Positions 25,921 to 40,129 of a stretch of DNA of 64,000 nt are shown here, piece by piece. The stretch is from Octopus sinensis. Taxonomy: Eukaryota. The DNA lies in NCBI RefSeq assembly GCF_006345805.1, contig NC_042997.1:152520001-152584000 (forward strand), given 5' to 3'. The first letter of the stretch is position 1. Each line of letters starts with the position of its first letter. The translations under genes and the position numbers were made by a program. The notes below the pieces were generated by a model. It saw only the letters and a list, made by a program, of their open reading frames with translations, was not told the origin of the DNA and searched no databases.

Positions 25921-25970
25921 AACCACCTGATGAATGTCCATAGAAGTGACAAGAAACGATCGTAGTGGAT
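25921..25970 (+). ncRNA. Minimal type I hammerhead ribozyme (Penelope-like)
   Basis: CCAC-CTGATGA-aTGTC..GACAa-GAAA-CGATCG-TA-GTGG: stem I, complete core, stem II and palindromic stem III ACGATCGT. Confidence 0.75.
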
Positions 25971-25980
25971 ATCTAATTAT

Positions 25981-26388
25981 ACTCTTACTCTTTTACCTTT
26001 TACTTGTTTCAGTTATTTGACTGCGGCCATGCTGGAGCACCGCCTTTAGTCGAGCAAATCGCCCCAGGACTTATTCTTGTAAGCCCAGTACTTATTCTAT
26101 CGGTCTCTTTTGCCGAACCGCTAAGTGACGGGGACGTAAACACACCAGCATCGGTTGTCAAGCAATGCTAGGGGGACAAACACAGATACACAAACACACA
26201 CACACATATATATATACATATATACGACAGGCTTCTTTCAGTTTCCGTCTACCAAATCCACTCACAAGGCATTGGTCGGCCCGGGGGTATAGTAGAAGAC
26301 ACTTGCCCAAGATGCCACGCAGTGGGACTGAACCCGGAACCATGTGGTTAATTAGCAAGCTACTTACCACACAGCCACTCCTGTGCCT
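25981..26388 (-). mobile_element. tRNA-derived SINE inserted in one arm of an inverted repeat
   Basis: Full-length match to the 11492-12175 family; the host arm resumes at 26389. Confidence 0.9.
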
Positions 26389-26583
26389 ATTTAATTTATA
26401 TAATTTTTTTTATGTATTGGATTAAGTCTTTCTTTGTTTGATTTGCATAATAGTGGTTTTGTCTCTAATTAATATTATATTATATTTTACTATAAAATTG
26501 ATTCAATCCTAAATCTGATTTTTCCCTGTAAATTTGGATTTATTCCTATATTTATTATATATATATATATATATATATATATC

Positions 26584-26618
<35 letters not shown>

Positions 26619-27978
26619 TATATATGTATAAATATACAATGTATATATATCTATATATATATATATATATATATATGTATAAATATACAGATGTATATAT
26701 ATATATATATATATGTCTAAATATACAGATGTATATATATATATATATATATATGTATAAATAGACAGATGTATATATATATATATATATAATATAATAT
26801 ATATATATAATATATGTATAAATATACAGATGTATATATATATATATATATATATGTATAATATATAGATTAATATATATGATACATATCTATATATATA
26901 TGTATATATATATATATAAGCTTGTATATATATCTAAATATGTATTTTATATCTTATATTTTAAAAATGTTATGTCTCATGTATCTTATTTATGTATGCT
27001 AAACACTGGTAATTTACTATTTATTACATTTATTTATATATAAAAGAACCTGCAAAAGTCACTGAACCCCAAAACAGCACTGGAAATGAATCGGCGAACA
27101 CCACTGGCCCCCAAAACAATATTGACAGCAGCAACTGCTGCAATAAGAATAGTCAAAGCTGGACTAGGGTGATATATAGCGGAAAAGAAAAAAACTGACA
27201 CAGCCAGAGAAACTGATGCCCTGATGTCCGAAGGACAAGAAAAAAGGCAAAACCCCAAAACGCCAGAAGGAAAAACTAAGACGCATAAGGATAGTAGCTC
27301 ACAGATCACAGGCTGTATGTAAATTTTATTTAAATGACCATGCTGGCATGTAGAAATAGAAGAGGGCTGCAGCTTTACCCATCCCAAAACTTATCGGAAC
27401 AACAAGCAGGGAAACCTGAAACAAAACTAGCAAAAACAGAGGGAAATCCTCAAGAATGGATCTGCAGGCTAATAGTGAACCAATTGAAAGAAACACGTCT
27501 CAAAGGAGCAGAAAAAGAGATCAACTCATGCATTCTGAACCCCTCAAAGGGCAATATGCAGAGGCTGTACGCTCTGCAGCTATCGAACAATAGTTCAGTT
27601 CTTGAATTTAGACCATCCGTGCAACATCTATATTCCTTCCCATGCCTGTCATCACTTATGTCCCTGCCGTAAGGCTTCACTTCCACACACGCCAGCTCAA
27701 TTTAATCCGTCTTTAGTCAAAACACACCTGTTGTTAATGTCCTCTTGTTTGTATTTGTGTACCAATTCTCCGTTTTTTTTTCAGTTCTTGTTTTCGTAGA
27801 CTTACCTTGGGGCTGGCCAGATTGGAGCAGTCTTGAGTATAACCAGCCGAAACTGCAAAGATGATCTGGAACTCGACTGAGGAAAGAAAACTCCGAATGA
27901 CCCGTCCTTATTTTTTCTTGTCCCTTTTTGTATCATCTGTCTGGATGTATTATCGCCTGTTGCGTCCTTGTTCCATAT

Positions 27979-28021
<43 letters not shown>

Positions 28022-28652
28022 CACCCGTGTAACTCTCTCTCACTTGCTTTCATTCCTTCCCCTTTTATTTCTGTCAACCTGTCTCTCCCTCTTGTATTCC
28101 TAGCCTTTCTCCTTCCCCTTCATCCAATTCCCCCTCCTTTTCTCTGTCGCTCCTCCTCCCTAGTGTCTTTCTCTTCTGCTTGCTGCTGTCACATGACCAG
28201 CGGCCAGTTCCACTTTTCTTCCTTTCTTAGACTAGTCCCTTATCTGACTAGTCGCAAATTCTGTCTCTCCATCCTTCAAAACATTTTCGAAGTGTTACCC
28301 ACTATTCTCGCCTCCTTGACCCCAAGGCCGTATTTTGTTCGACTCTTTGTCCTCGTCCTAAGTCCCACCCTGTGTCGTTTTACTTGTTTTATTTCGTTTC
28401 GTTTGCTTTCGTCCCTAATTCCCCGCAAGAAAACTTATTTTGCGGGCACCGCTAATTGGGAAGCACTCAGTCTTATCGTTAAAGGTGCAAAACTGAACAG
28501 TACCATTGGTCGATAACTGATAAAAAATTATGGACTTTCTGTTTGTCTCCCGTTCGTTTTTACATTCAGTATATGTTACGTCGTTTGTTTATTCATTTTT
28601 TCATTTATAGGTAATGGAACGCAACACACACCGCATTTTATTAACAAGTAAG

Positions 28653-28696
<44 letters not shown>

Positions 28697-28753
28697 TATA
28701 TATAAACTTTTAAAAAAGTTTTCTTATAATTTTTCTAAATTTAATTATTTAAT

Positions 28754-28800
28754 CATTACAGTTGAAAAGGTCTCAAATGACCGAAACCGGTACTGAAATG
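28754..28800 (+). ncRNA. Minimal hammerhead ribozyme, U3-A8 variant
   Basis: CATTACAG-TTGAAAA-GGTC tcaaat GACC-GAAA-CCGG-TA-CTGAAATG: stem I 7/8 bp, stem II 4 bp, palindromic ACCGGT. Confidence 0.7.
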
Positions 28801-31800
28801 TCTTTATAAAATTATTTTAGCATTTTCTATCTTGACTTGTTTTTTCATATATATATATATATATATATACTCGTGTGTGTGTATGTGTGCACGCACGTGC
28901 GCGAAAAGAAGCTGTCTTTTAGCAAATACGTCTGAAGAATTGAATAATGTAGATGTCCGCGAGGATACGCATAGGTGACTATTCAATGTTTTCTTTATGT
29001 TATTGTAGACGAAGTTCAATTTTTTTTCCTTGTTTATTTCACATTAGCAATTGTCATAGCATTGATTGACTCTGTCACCATTGCGTACTTTAGTGCATAA
29101 ATATTTCATCCGGTTTAAGTAAAATATACTGGCTACTGTTCACTTTTGTCTCAATTAATCATGTACGCACACACTGGCGACTTTTGTTTTCACAAATACT
29201 TTTATTAGATCACTCTTTCGTGATATGTCAACGTGAGATTTAAAAAATTTGAATCGTACGAGATGTAGCAGTTTCAAACTTTGTGACTAACATTCAAGAA
29301 TCTGTATGTATGCTCTATACACACGAGCGCACGTGCAAACGTGTATTACAAATGTATGCATGTATATTGATATGCGTATGTACACATACACACACACATA
29401 CAAGCATACATGTATTACAAATGTATATATATTTATATACGTATGTGCACACACACAGATGTATGTATGCATATATATATATAAAAGGAAAAATGACAGA
29501 CCACATATATATTTTTTTATATAATATTAGAGAAGAATACTTCGTCTGTCTTTCCGTTCTGAGTTCGAATTCCGCCGAGGTCGACCTTGCCTTTCATCCT
29601 TTCGGGGTCGATAAATTAAGTACCAGTTGCGTACTTAGGTCGATCTAATCGACTGGCCCCCTCCTCCAAAATTTCGGGCTTTGTTCCTAGAGCAGCAAAG
29701 AATATTAGAGAAGAGTAACAGAGTTGACAAATTTGATTAGAGTATTTATACAAGGTACAGTTTTCTTCTGAATTCCATAATAGACAATTTATCCAGTCAA
29801 GTTTATAATTAGTTGAACTATGGATTCTCTAACTCATTCCAGTTCTTGCTTTTCATTCTAACATTCTTTCTGTCACTTTTCCCACTTATATAATTCCTCT
29901 CTCCTTCATTTCTGTTTTCCCGTGTATTTAATCATTTCTTTATTTCTTTTTCTCATCTTTTTCTTTCCTTCTTTCATTCTTTCTATTACGGTTCCTTTCT
30001 TTATATTTCATTTCCCGCCATACTGTTTCTTTTTTTCGTTTGGCATTCTCTTGTTCTCTTTTTTTTTATTTATTTGTCTTTCCCCTACCTTCTTACGCGT
30101 TTTTATACAGTTCTACTTGCTTTTTTTTTCACACTTGGTCTTATATTTCAGCTTCTTCTCTTTCCCCTTGTTCCCATCTTTCGTTAAACCGTTCCCCCTC
30201 TTTATTATCCCTTCTTTTTTTTTCCACTTTATTTCATCTCAATTCATTTCAATTTATATCATGCAATCCTAGCCATTCTCAACGTGCAGTATTCAGACCA
30301 CTCAACTCCATTAACTTCATTTTGGGTATTTGGAAATAATGGCTTTTATGCATATTTCATGAAGGGTATCGAAATCCTAATCTCATGTTTGCAATAAACC
30401 GAACATTATTTTTTTTCATTGCGTTAAACATTGGCTTCAAAATTTCTTGAGATTTGCATTGGCATGAGTCCATTCAGAAAATAGATAAGTGTGCCGCTAT
30501 GTGATGGCGTGCTGAAAGATGAAAAACTAGTTTCGTTCTTTTACCCTTCAAAGCACACTAATATATTCAATATTGTGTGTATATATATTCGGTATTTTAT
30601 TATTACATTGATTTGCTAATTGAACCTTCTTAGCAGAAAAGCTTTGTTAACCGTTCTAAGTAGTTTCCCAATTGCTAATACACGTGTATACATTAATGTC
30701 TTACTTCCCATCACAGCAGTTCAGCATGTGTTCTTTTTTTTTAATTATGAAATAGGTCAATTCTATTGGCTGTAGGCAAATATCACGTGATATTAATGAT
30801 AACAGCTTTAAACGATTCGTTAAGAAAATCTCTATCAACTGATTTTGTTTAATCTTGCAGAAAGTTTACGTTGCTGAGCTGATAAAAGTATTTAAACGCA
30901 AGTAAAACCATTGATACGACTGTGCCAAAGAAAAAGTACGTTTGATTTATATCGTTGTTGTTTAGCCCCAGGTCAGCTATGATCAAGCAGTTTAATGTAT
31001 TTAAAACTACAACATGCAGTAAGTCTTGTAGTTTTTTAGACGAAGGATTGCTCTCGCCTAGTTTTATACCATCACTTGACCCATAGGTGCCTTTAGTGGG
31101 GTTTGCAAGTATCAAGTCCAAGACCACATGGTTCCAGATTCAGTCCCACGGCGTGGCACCTTGGGCAAGCGTCTTCTACTATAGCCTCGGGCCGACCAAA
31201 GCCTTGTGAGTGGATTTGGTAGACGGAAACTGAAAGAAGGACATAACTCAGCTCACCAGTCTCGAAGGCCCAGAAAAATGTCATTCCTTCAACAGATGAG
31301 TCAAATTATTTTTTTAAAAATTATGGTATAATGGGATTTGCTTTATCTTTGTGGTTTGGTTACTGCACAGATGCTACTTCGTTACTTGATAGAATGATTA
31401 AAATCTGTAAGCGGATGGTGAGTATTATTGAGTTAAAGCTGCTCTGCTGTTGACCTAAATATGTGTGAAAAGTCTGGAAAGAGTCTTTGATTTGACTGTT
31501 CTGACTTTAGAAAATGCATTTGTGATGCAAATTAGGCGAAGTCCGTTTTAGTTAGGAAATGCAATCATGTAACCATGATTTTTCTGATGATCTGATGAGC
31601 TAGCTTTCTCTATTTGCATTGATTTGTAAATATATAATTGTATTGTATAATACTGATTGGCAACTGTTTCTTACTCGCTCGTTGCATGAAATAAAATATA
31701 AACTAACTCCATCAAGGAGTAACTAAGCAGTTACTCACATTGTTAGAACTCTCGGTTAAATATACCCGAAAGCTAACTGTAGACTCTAAAAACAAAAACA

Positions 31801-32363
31801 AAAAATGGTATACCGAATTGGATGACAAATATCTAAATACACTATATATAAAATTAACAACCTTTGTTTCTAACATAGGTACAAGGCCAGAAATTTTGAA
31901 GGAGGGGACAATCGGTGAATACGACCATTAGTGCTTCATTGATCTCGGCAGGAATTGAAGTCAGAAAGTGAAGAAACGGAAACTATCAACAACAGCAACA
32001 GCAACAACAAAACCAGCAAGAACAACATATAGTCCAGGTCTTTAGTGTTTCATTCAAGTCATTTGGAGTTGAAACGTTGGTGTAACAATGATTTTCTGAT
32101 GATCTGATGAACTAGCTTTCTTTATTTGCATTGATTTGTAAATATATGATCGCATTTATAATACTGAGCATGTAAGCATATTTCCTTCCACACTGAAATT
32201 GTTACAACATAAAGTAGATTGCAGAACAGCTACAATCCTAAGGTTATCACGTGGTTATATAAGTATATATTCACCTTTCTTGCCTCCTATATATGGTTCA
32301 TATATTCCTCTTGAAATAATTTCATCGATCGGATTGGATCTTGTGGACTTTAGCTGCATGATA

Positions 32364-32419
<56 letters not shown>

Positions 32420-32426
32420 ATATATT

Positions 32427-32459
<33 letters not shown>

Positions 32460-32493
32460 ATATTAATATATATATATATATATATATATTTAC

Positions 32494-32544
<51 letters not shown>

Positions 32545-32570
32545 GATATATATATATATATATATATATT

Positions 32571-32616
<46 letters not shown>

Positions 32617-32691
32617 TTTACATATATATTATATATAATATATATATATATACATATTATATATTTTATATATATATTATATATAATATAT

Positions 32692-32744
<53 letters not shown>

Positions 32745-33025
32745 ATATATATATATCACATATATATATATATACATATATAAGTATGTATGTGTGTATG
32801 TATCTGTGTTTGTGATAGTCCCCCCAATATCACTTGATAACCGATGTTGGTGCGTTTACGTCCCCGTAACTTAGCGATTCGGCCAAAGAAACCGATAGAA
32901 CAAGTACTAGGTTTACAAAGAATAAGTCCTGGTATCCATTTGTTCGACTAAAGGCGGTACTCCAGCATGGCCGCAGTCAAATGACTGAAACAAGTAAAAG
33001 AATAAAAGAATAAAATAATAAATGA

Positions 33026-33063
<38 letters not shown>

Positions 33064-33446
33064 TGTGTGTGGTGTGTGTGTGTGTGTGTTGTGTGTGAGT
33101 GTGTGTATTTATACTTGTTTCATTTACTGGACTGTGACTATGCTAAGGAATAATTTTGAAGAGTTTTGTTGATCAAACCGACCCCGGTAATTCTTTATAA
33201 GTTATGATCCATTTAATCTCTTCTCAACGAACGGCGGAGTTAGAGGGACATAAAAACAACACCTTTTCTCAAGCAGCAAGACATACAAACATAAAAATGC
33301 ACACACACACACAAAACAGAATCGGTGGTAGTTTGCGGTCAGCAAGACTTGTGTGACCTGGGGAGTGGATGTTCCACTCACCCCGGTAAGTACACTGTAC
33401 GCTATATATATTGCTTTTCCTTTATATCTGTCTATCTATCTATCAT

Positions 33447-33518
<72 letters not shown>

Positions 33519-34380
33519 GGAACCTCTCTCTCTGTATTCATGTTGTATGTATATATATATATATATGTGACCTCGTGAGTACCGCTGGCGATTTTTTTCC
33601 TCTGTCTTCCCTTCTCGGGATCTTTCCTTCTCCTATGTTTCCGACTAAGAGCTCCGCTCGAAACGTTAAACCCTCCTTCTTCCCTTCTTTCCTGAACGTC
33701 CAATAATACTTTATTTGTTCCACGTCCTCGCGTTGTTGTGTTTTTTTTTGGGTTTTTTTTTGTGTTTTCTTGTTTGGATTAACTATATATATATATATGA
33801 CGAGCATCTGTACAGTTTCTGTCTATATAATTCTCTGACAAGCCATTGATTAGCCCGAGGTTATAGCTGAAGTCATTTACCCAAGTGTCGCTGAGTCGGA
33901 CTAACTTGAAATCGTACTTTTATGAAATGATCTTAATCGCACAATCTTGACCTCTTATTCGGTCAAGACCGCGCCTCCAATCATCTATAAATTATTAATT
34001 AAAAACAATATTAGAGAACATGAATAAAAATTTATGACGGTAAAAGGCCAATAGTGTCACTGACGTGATTCGTGCTCTTCTATCGGGTACAAGACTATAG
34101 AGCACCTTCTACTTCCATAATTTAAATTATGTATTACAAACGTTTTCATCTTTTATTTCTGCATATATCTCTCTTGTACAAAAAATAGTTCGACAGCCGC
34201 ATAGCTGTAGCAGAATAAGTTGTTTTACTAATGTTCAAAATAGCGGCGTAGCGTATATCAATTAGATGCTTATGACAAGAATACACGCAACAAACTTGAG
34301 AAAAATAATAAATCAATGTATAAAATATTAATATTAATGATATTTTCTATTGTTTATTACTTTATATTATCGAATATTAT

Positions 34381-34455
<75 letters not shown>

Positions 34456-34502
34456 TATGCATATATATATACATATATATAGTCATATATACAGATATCT
34501 AT

Positions 34503-34567
<65 letters not shown>

Positions 34568-34797
34568 GTGTGTGGTATATATATATATATATATTACATA
34601 CATATATTTGTGAGAAAAGATATGAAAGATATGTAGCTTTGCTTATAAAGAAAATGTTTTTACATATTCAAGCATACTTAAAACTTACACATTTAAATAC
34701 ATGCATACATTCATAAATATTTCTCTCTTTCCCTCTCTCTCTCTCTTCTAACGGACACACACACTTACGCACACAGACGCATATGTATGTATGTACG

Positions 34798-34867
<70 letters not shown>

Positions 34868-34884
34868 TATATATATATATATAT

Positions 34885-34918
<34 letters not shown>

Positions 34919-34939
34919 GTATATATGTATGTATATATA

Positions 34940-35802
34940 CGAGGTCTGGTCAATACGTATCCGGGATGTTGCCATAGTAAAGAAGCTAATGCAGTCAGTA
35001 AAGCCGTTTGGCAAAGATTGACCTCGAAGTCTGCTGTACTTGCGTACTAAGTTTTAACATTCTAGGCCACTTCCTCTGTTTACAGCAGTGCTTGGATGGA
35101 AGGTGTGTAGCATGTGATCGTCGCATTTAAAGTCGTCATGACAATACCTTCTCAGAGTCCTACGCAAAGTTGAAGAAAATGTATGGAGGGGAGCATATGA
35201 GCCGCAAACAAGTGTACGAGTGGTTCAGACGCTTCCGGGATAGCCGAAAAATGTCGATATTGATGAAAGTTCTGGGAGACCTACAACCTGTAGAACTGGG
35301 AATTACATCGGAGATGTGCGTGCAGTTGTAAGGGGAAATCGTCAAATCACCACCCGTGAGATATCAAAAGATGTGCAAACTAGTTACGGTTCAGTTCAAT
35401 CCATTATCACTGAAAATTTGGATTGGAGACGCGTGTCTGCCAAGTTTGTGCCAAAACTGCTTTCAGCTGACCAAAAAGATGGCCGGGTTTCAGCGACACA
35501 ATATCTCTTAGATTGTGTCGAGAGCGATGAAAACTTTTTGAAAATTTTGCGTAGGCCTCTGAGAATGTATCGCCAAGCTTTTGGCAAAATTTGATGCAGA
35601 TTCCCTGCCCAACTTCTTTTGTCATGGTGAATGCGATGGTCACACGCTACACACTTTCCTTCTAAGCACTGCTGTAAACAGAGGAAGTAAACTAGAACGT
35701 TAAAACTTTGAGTTGAAGGTCAATCTGTGCCAATTGGCTTTACTCTGCGTACTTTAGCTTTATTACTATGGCAACAGTCCTGATACTTATTGATCAGACC
35801 AC

Positions 35803-35803
<1 letters not shown>
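34940..35803. mobile_element. Mariner-derived foldback/MITE made of two inverted 5' ends
   Basis: TA-flanked TIRs CGAGGTCTGGTCAATA / TATTGATCAGACCACG with long inverted arms. Transposase remnants RRVSAKFVPKLL (+) and ICIKFCQKLG (-). Confidence 0.85.
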
Positions 35804-35871
<68 letters not shown>

Positions 35872-36500
35872 GAGTAAAGTCTATTTGTCAACGTAAAGTA
35901 GTAGTCCTAATTAAGACGGTGTTATTACCTTTTTTAGCCCAAGGAAAACATATTTTCCAGCTGGCTATCGACCTCTAACAAGGGAGCTAATGTTCCCGCT
36001 CAGGCTTAAGCGGTACCTGTGGACCGAAGGCTTCTGTGTTATTTTCCTTCATCGGCATAGGATAACCGTTGGCTAGAGGTGGAGGCTTTACTCTGTAGTA
36101 TCTTTACTTTATAGTACTGTTACTACCATTTTCTCGCTCAGAGATTTAAAAGTATTTGTTTTTCTCCTTACGAGATCAGTGACAGTGTGTCACTTTAAAC
36201 CTATATACCTCGAGCAAGGCCTAGTACTGCCATCTCTAGCCAACGGTTATCCTGTGCCGATGAAGATAAATAACCCAGAAACCATTGATCCGCAGATAGC
36301 ATTTAATGCTGAATGGAGGCATTAACTCCCTTGTTCGAGGTATAAGGACGCGGCTGTGCGTCAATAACCAGCTGGAAAAGCTGTTTCTTGGGACTAAAAA
36401 AGGTAGTAACACCGTCCTAATCAGAAGTACCACTTTACATTGGCAAATAGACTTTACTCTGCAGTACTGTTACTACTTATTTTTTACTCAGAGATTTAGA
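35872..36500. repeat. Foldback repeat with about 200-bp imperfect inverted arms
   Basis: AGAGTAAAGTCTATTTG..(35872-36075) versus ..CAAATAGACTTTACTCT (36235-36460). Confidence 0.8.
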
Positions 36501-36559
36501 ACTAATGGTTTTTCTCTCACACACGCACGCACGCACGCACACACGCACGCACGCACGCA

Positions 36560-36603
<44 letters not shown>

Positions 36604-37279
36604 ACAGATGTGTGAAACTGAAAAATTATTTTACAGTGACTGTTATGTTGCAGACAGATAGAGCAAAGATTTCAGGTAGGAGTAACTGATGAGGTTATAT
36701 GTCTATTGTTTAGCTAAGAATCCTTCCGTGTGACATAGCTTATCAATGAATTTATTTCTGTTCATTACATCACAATCTACATTGAACCCTTGCTTCATAT
36801 GTTACACTGATTAGCAGACAAGTTACACTAATATTAGAGAAGCAGAAGGTGACGAGCTTGTAGAATCGTTAACACGCCGAAGAAAATGCTTAGTAGCATT
36901 TCTCCTGTTGTGAGTTAAAAGTTCGTGGAAGTCGACATTATCTTTCACAGTTTCGGGGTTGCTAAAATAAGTGCTAGTCCTCTCTCCACTACAAAAATAA
37001 ATTCAAACCTTGTGCATATCGCAGAAAGAATGTTAGAGAGACCAAGAGAGAGTGAGAGAGAAAAAATTAAGGTTGAAAAGCCGAATCGACAGAGCGCCGG
37101 ACAATGTATCTTGCAGTATTTAGTTGCTCTGCTCTACATTCTGAGTTTAAATCCATCGAATTCAGTTTTGCTTTTCATGTCTTCAGAATCAGTAAAATAA
37201 AGCGCTAATTAAGGTCTAGAGTCGTTGTAATCGACAGAACCCCTCACTCAGAAGCACCGATCTTATTCCTACAATAAGG

Positions 37280-37316
<37 letters not shown>

Positions 37317-38217
37317 TGGGGCGGGGTAGAGAAATAGGAATAAAGAGATGGAGAGAGAGAGACTTGCGGTTGATAGAGTTACAAAGAGCATGCCAGTATC
37401 TAACAATATTTCGTTAGAAACCGAAATCTTATTAAAACCATCTTTACTTTATATACTTATAGGATCGATATAATAACTTACCACTCAGGTACTGGAGTTG
37501 ATTTAATCGCCTATAAAACGCCAGGAAGATCTTTTGTAGAGCGAACTGTTTACCGAGTTCAAATCCGGCTGAAGTCAGTTTTATTTTATATCTTTTGGGG
37601 GCCAATATAATTACGTGGTGGTGAAGTACTGGAGATGATTTTAATCGACTATATCCTACCTCAAAAATCTCTCACGCCGCAACTTTTTCCATGAGAACAC
37701 TGTGCGGAGAGTGAACATACACTAAATAATATTTACTGATTTGGGGAAACTAGTCTTTTGTGAACACACTCATTTAATTTTGTGTTTATTTTTTACTCCA
37801 TGCTTGTGTACTCACAGTATGGCATACTTGTGTACTAATAGTATGGAGGGAAAAGCATGTCTTGTTAATGTATGGCAATGACTGACTATGACAGAAATCA
37901 ATATCTACATCTATATTAAGGTGGTCAGCTGGCAGAAGAATCTGTACTGGCTTAGGGGCATTTCGCCTGACTTTACGTTCTGACTTCATATGCCACTAGG
38001 ATCGACTTTGCTATTCATCGTTTCGGGGTCAATAAAATAAGTACCAGTTGAGCACTAGGATCGATGGAATCGATTTACCCCTCCTCCTAAATTGTTAGCC
38101 TTGTGCAAATATTTGAAACCATTATCTATATATGCACTAAGGCAGTAAGCTGGATGAATCGTTAGCATGCCGGACAAAATACTTAGTGGTATTTCGCCCA
38201 TCATTACATGCTGAGTA

Positions 38218-38550
38218 GTGAAGACACATGGATCAGTGGTTAGTGCGTCGAACTCACGACCGTGAGGTTGTGAGTTCAAATTCCGGACCGGGCTGCGTGT
38301 TGTGTTCTTGAGCAAGACACTTTATTTCACGTTGCTCCAGTTTACTCAGCTGTAGAAATGAGTTGCGATGTCACTGGCATCAAGCTATATCGGCCTTTGC
38401 CCTTCCTTTGGATAACATCTGTGGCGTGGAGAGGGGAGGCTGGTATGCGTGGGCGACTGCTGGTCTTCCAAAAACAAACTTGCCTGGACTTGTGCCTCGG
38501 AGGGTAACTTTCTAGGTCCAATCCCATGGTCATTCGTGACCGAAGGGGGT
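38218..38550 (+). mobile_element. tRNA-derived SINE (fourth family) nested in a Nin-domain SINE
   Basis: tRNA-like head; closely similar copy at 60300-60592. Confidence 0.85.
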
Positions 38551-40129
38551 TTTCGACACCGACATTCTAAGTTCAAATTTCACCGAGGTTGACTTTACCT
38601 TTCATTCTTTCGAGGTCGATAAAATGAAATTCAGTTGATCACTGGAGTCGAAGTAATCGACTTACTCTTCCCACTAAATTGCTGACCTTGTGCCAAAATT
38701 TGAAACCAAAATAATGAAGTACATCGCTCTGCTATTCAAAGACGGATTGTCTACGTTCAAATCTGCAGATTATTTGGCTCCCATTGAAAGTTTTAATTCA
38801 CTTTGAGGACAATTAATTGACATAGAATGTCTCAAACAAGTATTCAATCAATGTTACGGTGTTCTTTTGTCATACAATTAAGATCAGGTTATAGATTAGA
38901 GTAGAGTGTTTTATTTATAAACGAATCATTAAAAACCATTTAAGGTGAAGTTAACTCTATGGTTAACCAGCAAAAAGTCAGTCTACTTTTTCCTTCCACT
39001 AAAACTCTCATCTATGATAAAAGGAAACAAATCTTGAAACATTGGACATGTAATCTTTATTAAGAAGATAACGTTGCCCAATATAGTCTTAACAGTGAAA
39101 CGGGATAGTCAAATAGCGGGGTTCTTGTAATTGACTGTTCTCTCACTTTAAAATTCCTGGCCTTGAATCCATATAAAAAAATATTATTTTGTCTATATTA
39201 GATTTACCTTGGTTTTCACTTCCAGTCGTCATCATGTATCTTACTTTTGGACATGTACAAAGTACTAAACCGTACTCGAACAAGGAACATTCATTTCTAA
39301 ACTAAATGTTGTAATAGGCGTTCTTGTATCAACGTATAACAGATTAGGAACGTTTAGGAAAATGGCAAAACTCAAACAAAACATGCAACAATAACAACAA
39401 CAACAACAACAACAAAATTTGAATAATCCAGTCAAAAATGTTGAACATGAAAACTGACTATCCGGTTAAGAAGCAATATTATTGATTAAAGCATATGACA
39501 AATCGATTGGCATTTGTGGTGGTAAGACTAACCTGTTGACGAATCGACAATATTTAATGCAGTTAAATGCAGTTGTTCAACCTAAAAGCTCATGCTTTTT
39601 ATGGGAAGAGATTATTGAAGATATCGAAAAAGATTATCAATGACATGCGTAAATTCGTCAGATATAAAAGATGTAGTGTGCAGTAAATGTATTATTGCTA
39701 GAGTTTAAAATTCCAGTATGATAAATTTCAGATTTCGTGTTTATGTGTTCCATAATGCGTTTTGATTGACCTATTTACAGATGGTCTTTTGATGTACAGT
39801 TCTTTTAACTGTACGTTTACCCATAAATACATGCACATGCGCATACTCACACTCACATATTTATACTAAAAATGCACTTAAACATTCATGCCTCAATATT
39901 AATACGCAATTATTATGCATTCGTGTGCATAGATATGCATACATGCACAAATGTGTACCGTCAACAATCATACAAGCGAATAGATACAGCTAAATAGCCA
40001 TACACATAAATCTCCTGCCTGTATTTGGAATATGATTCCTTATAACAAACTTGGAGTTTTTACGTTGTTAACCACTATATATAGTTCTCCTAAAATTGTG
40101 TAAGAGATAATAATAAAAAAGTTAAGGAA

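Noticed and set aside
33638-33672. CCGACTAA-GAGC/GCTC-GAAACGTT and related motifs near 9376, 9625, 25380 and 50545
   Set aside because: They resemble Penelope-type ribozyme relics, but core positions deviate without compensation, so they are not called ribozymes.
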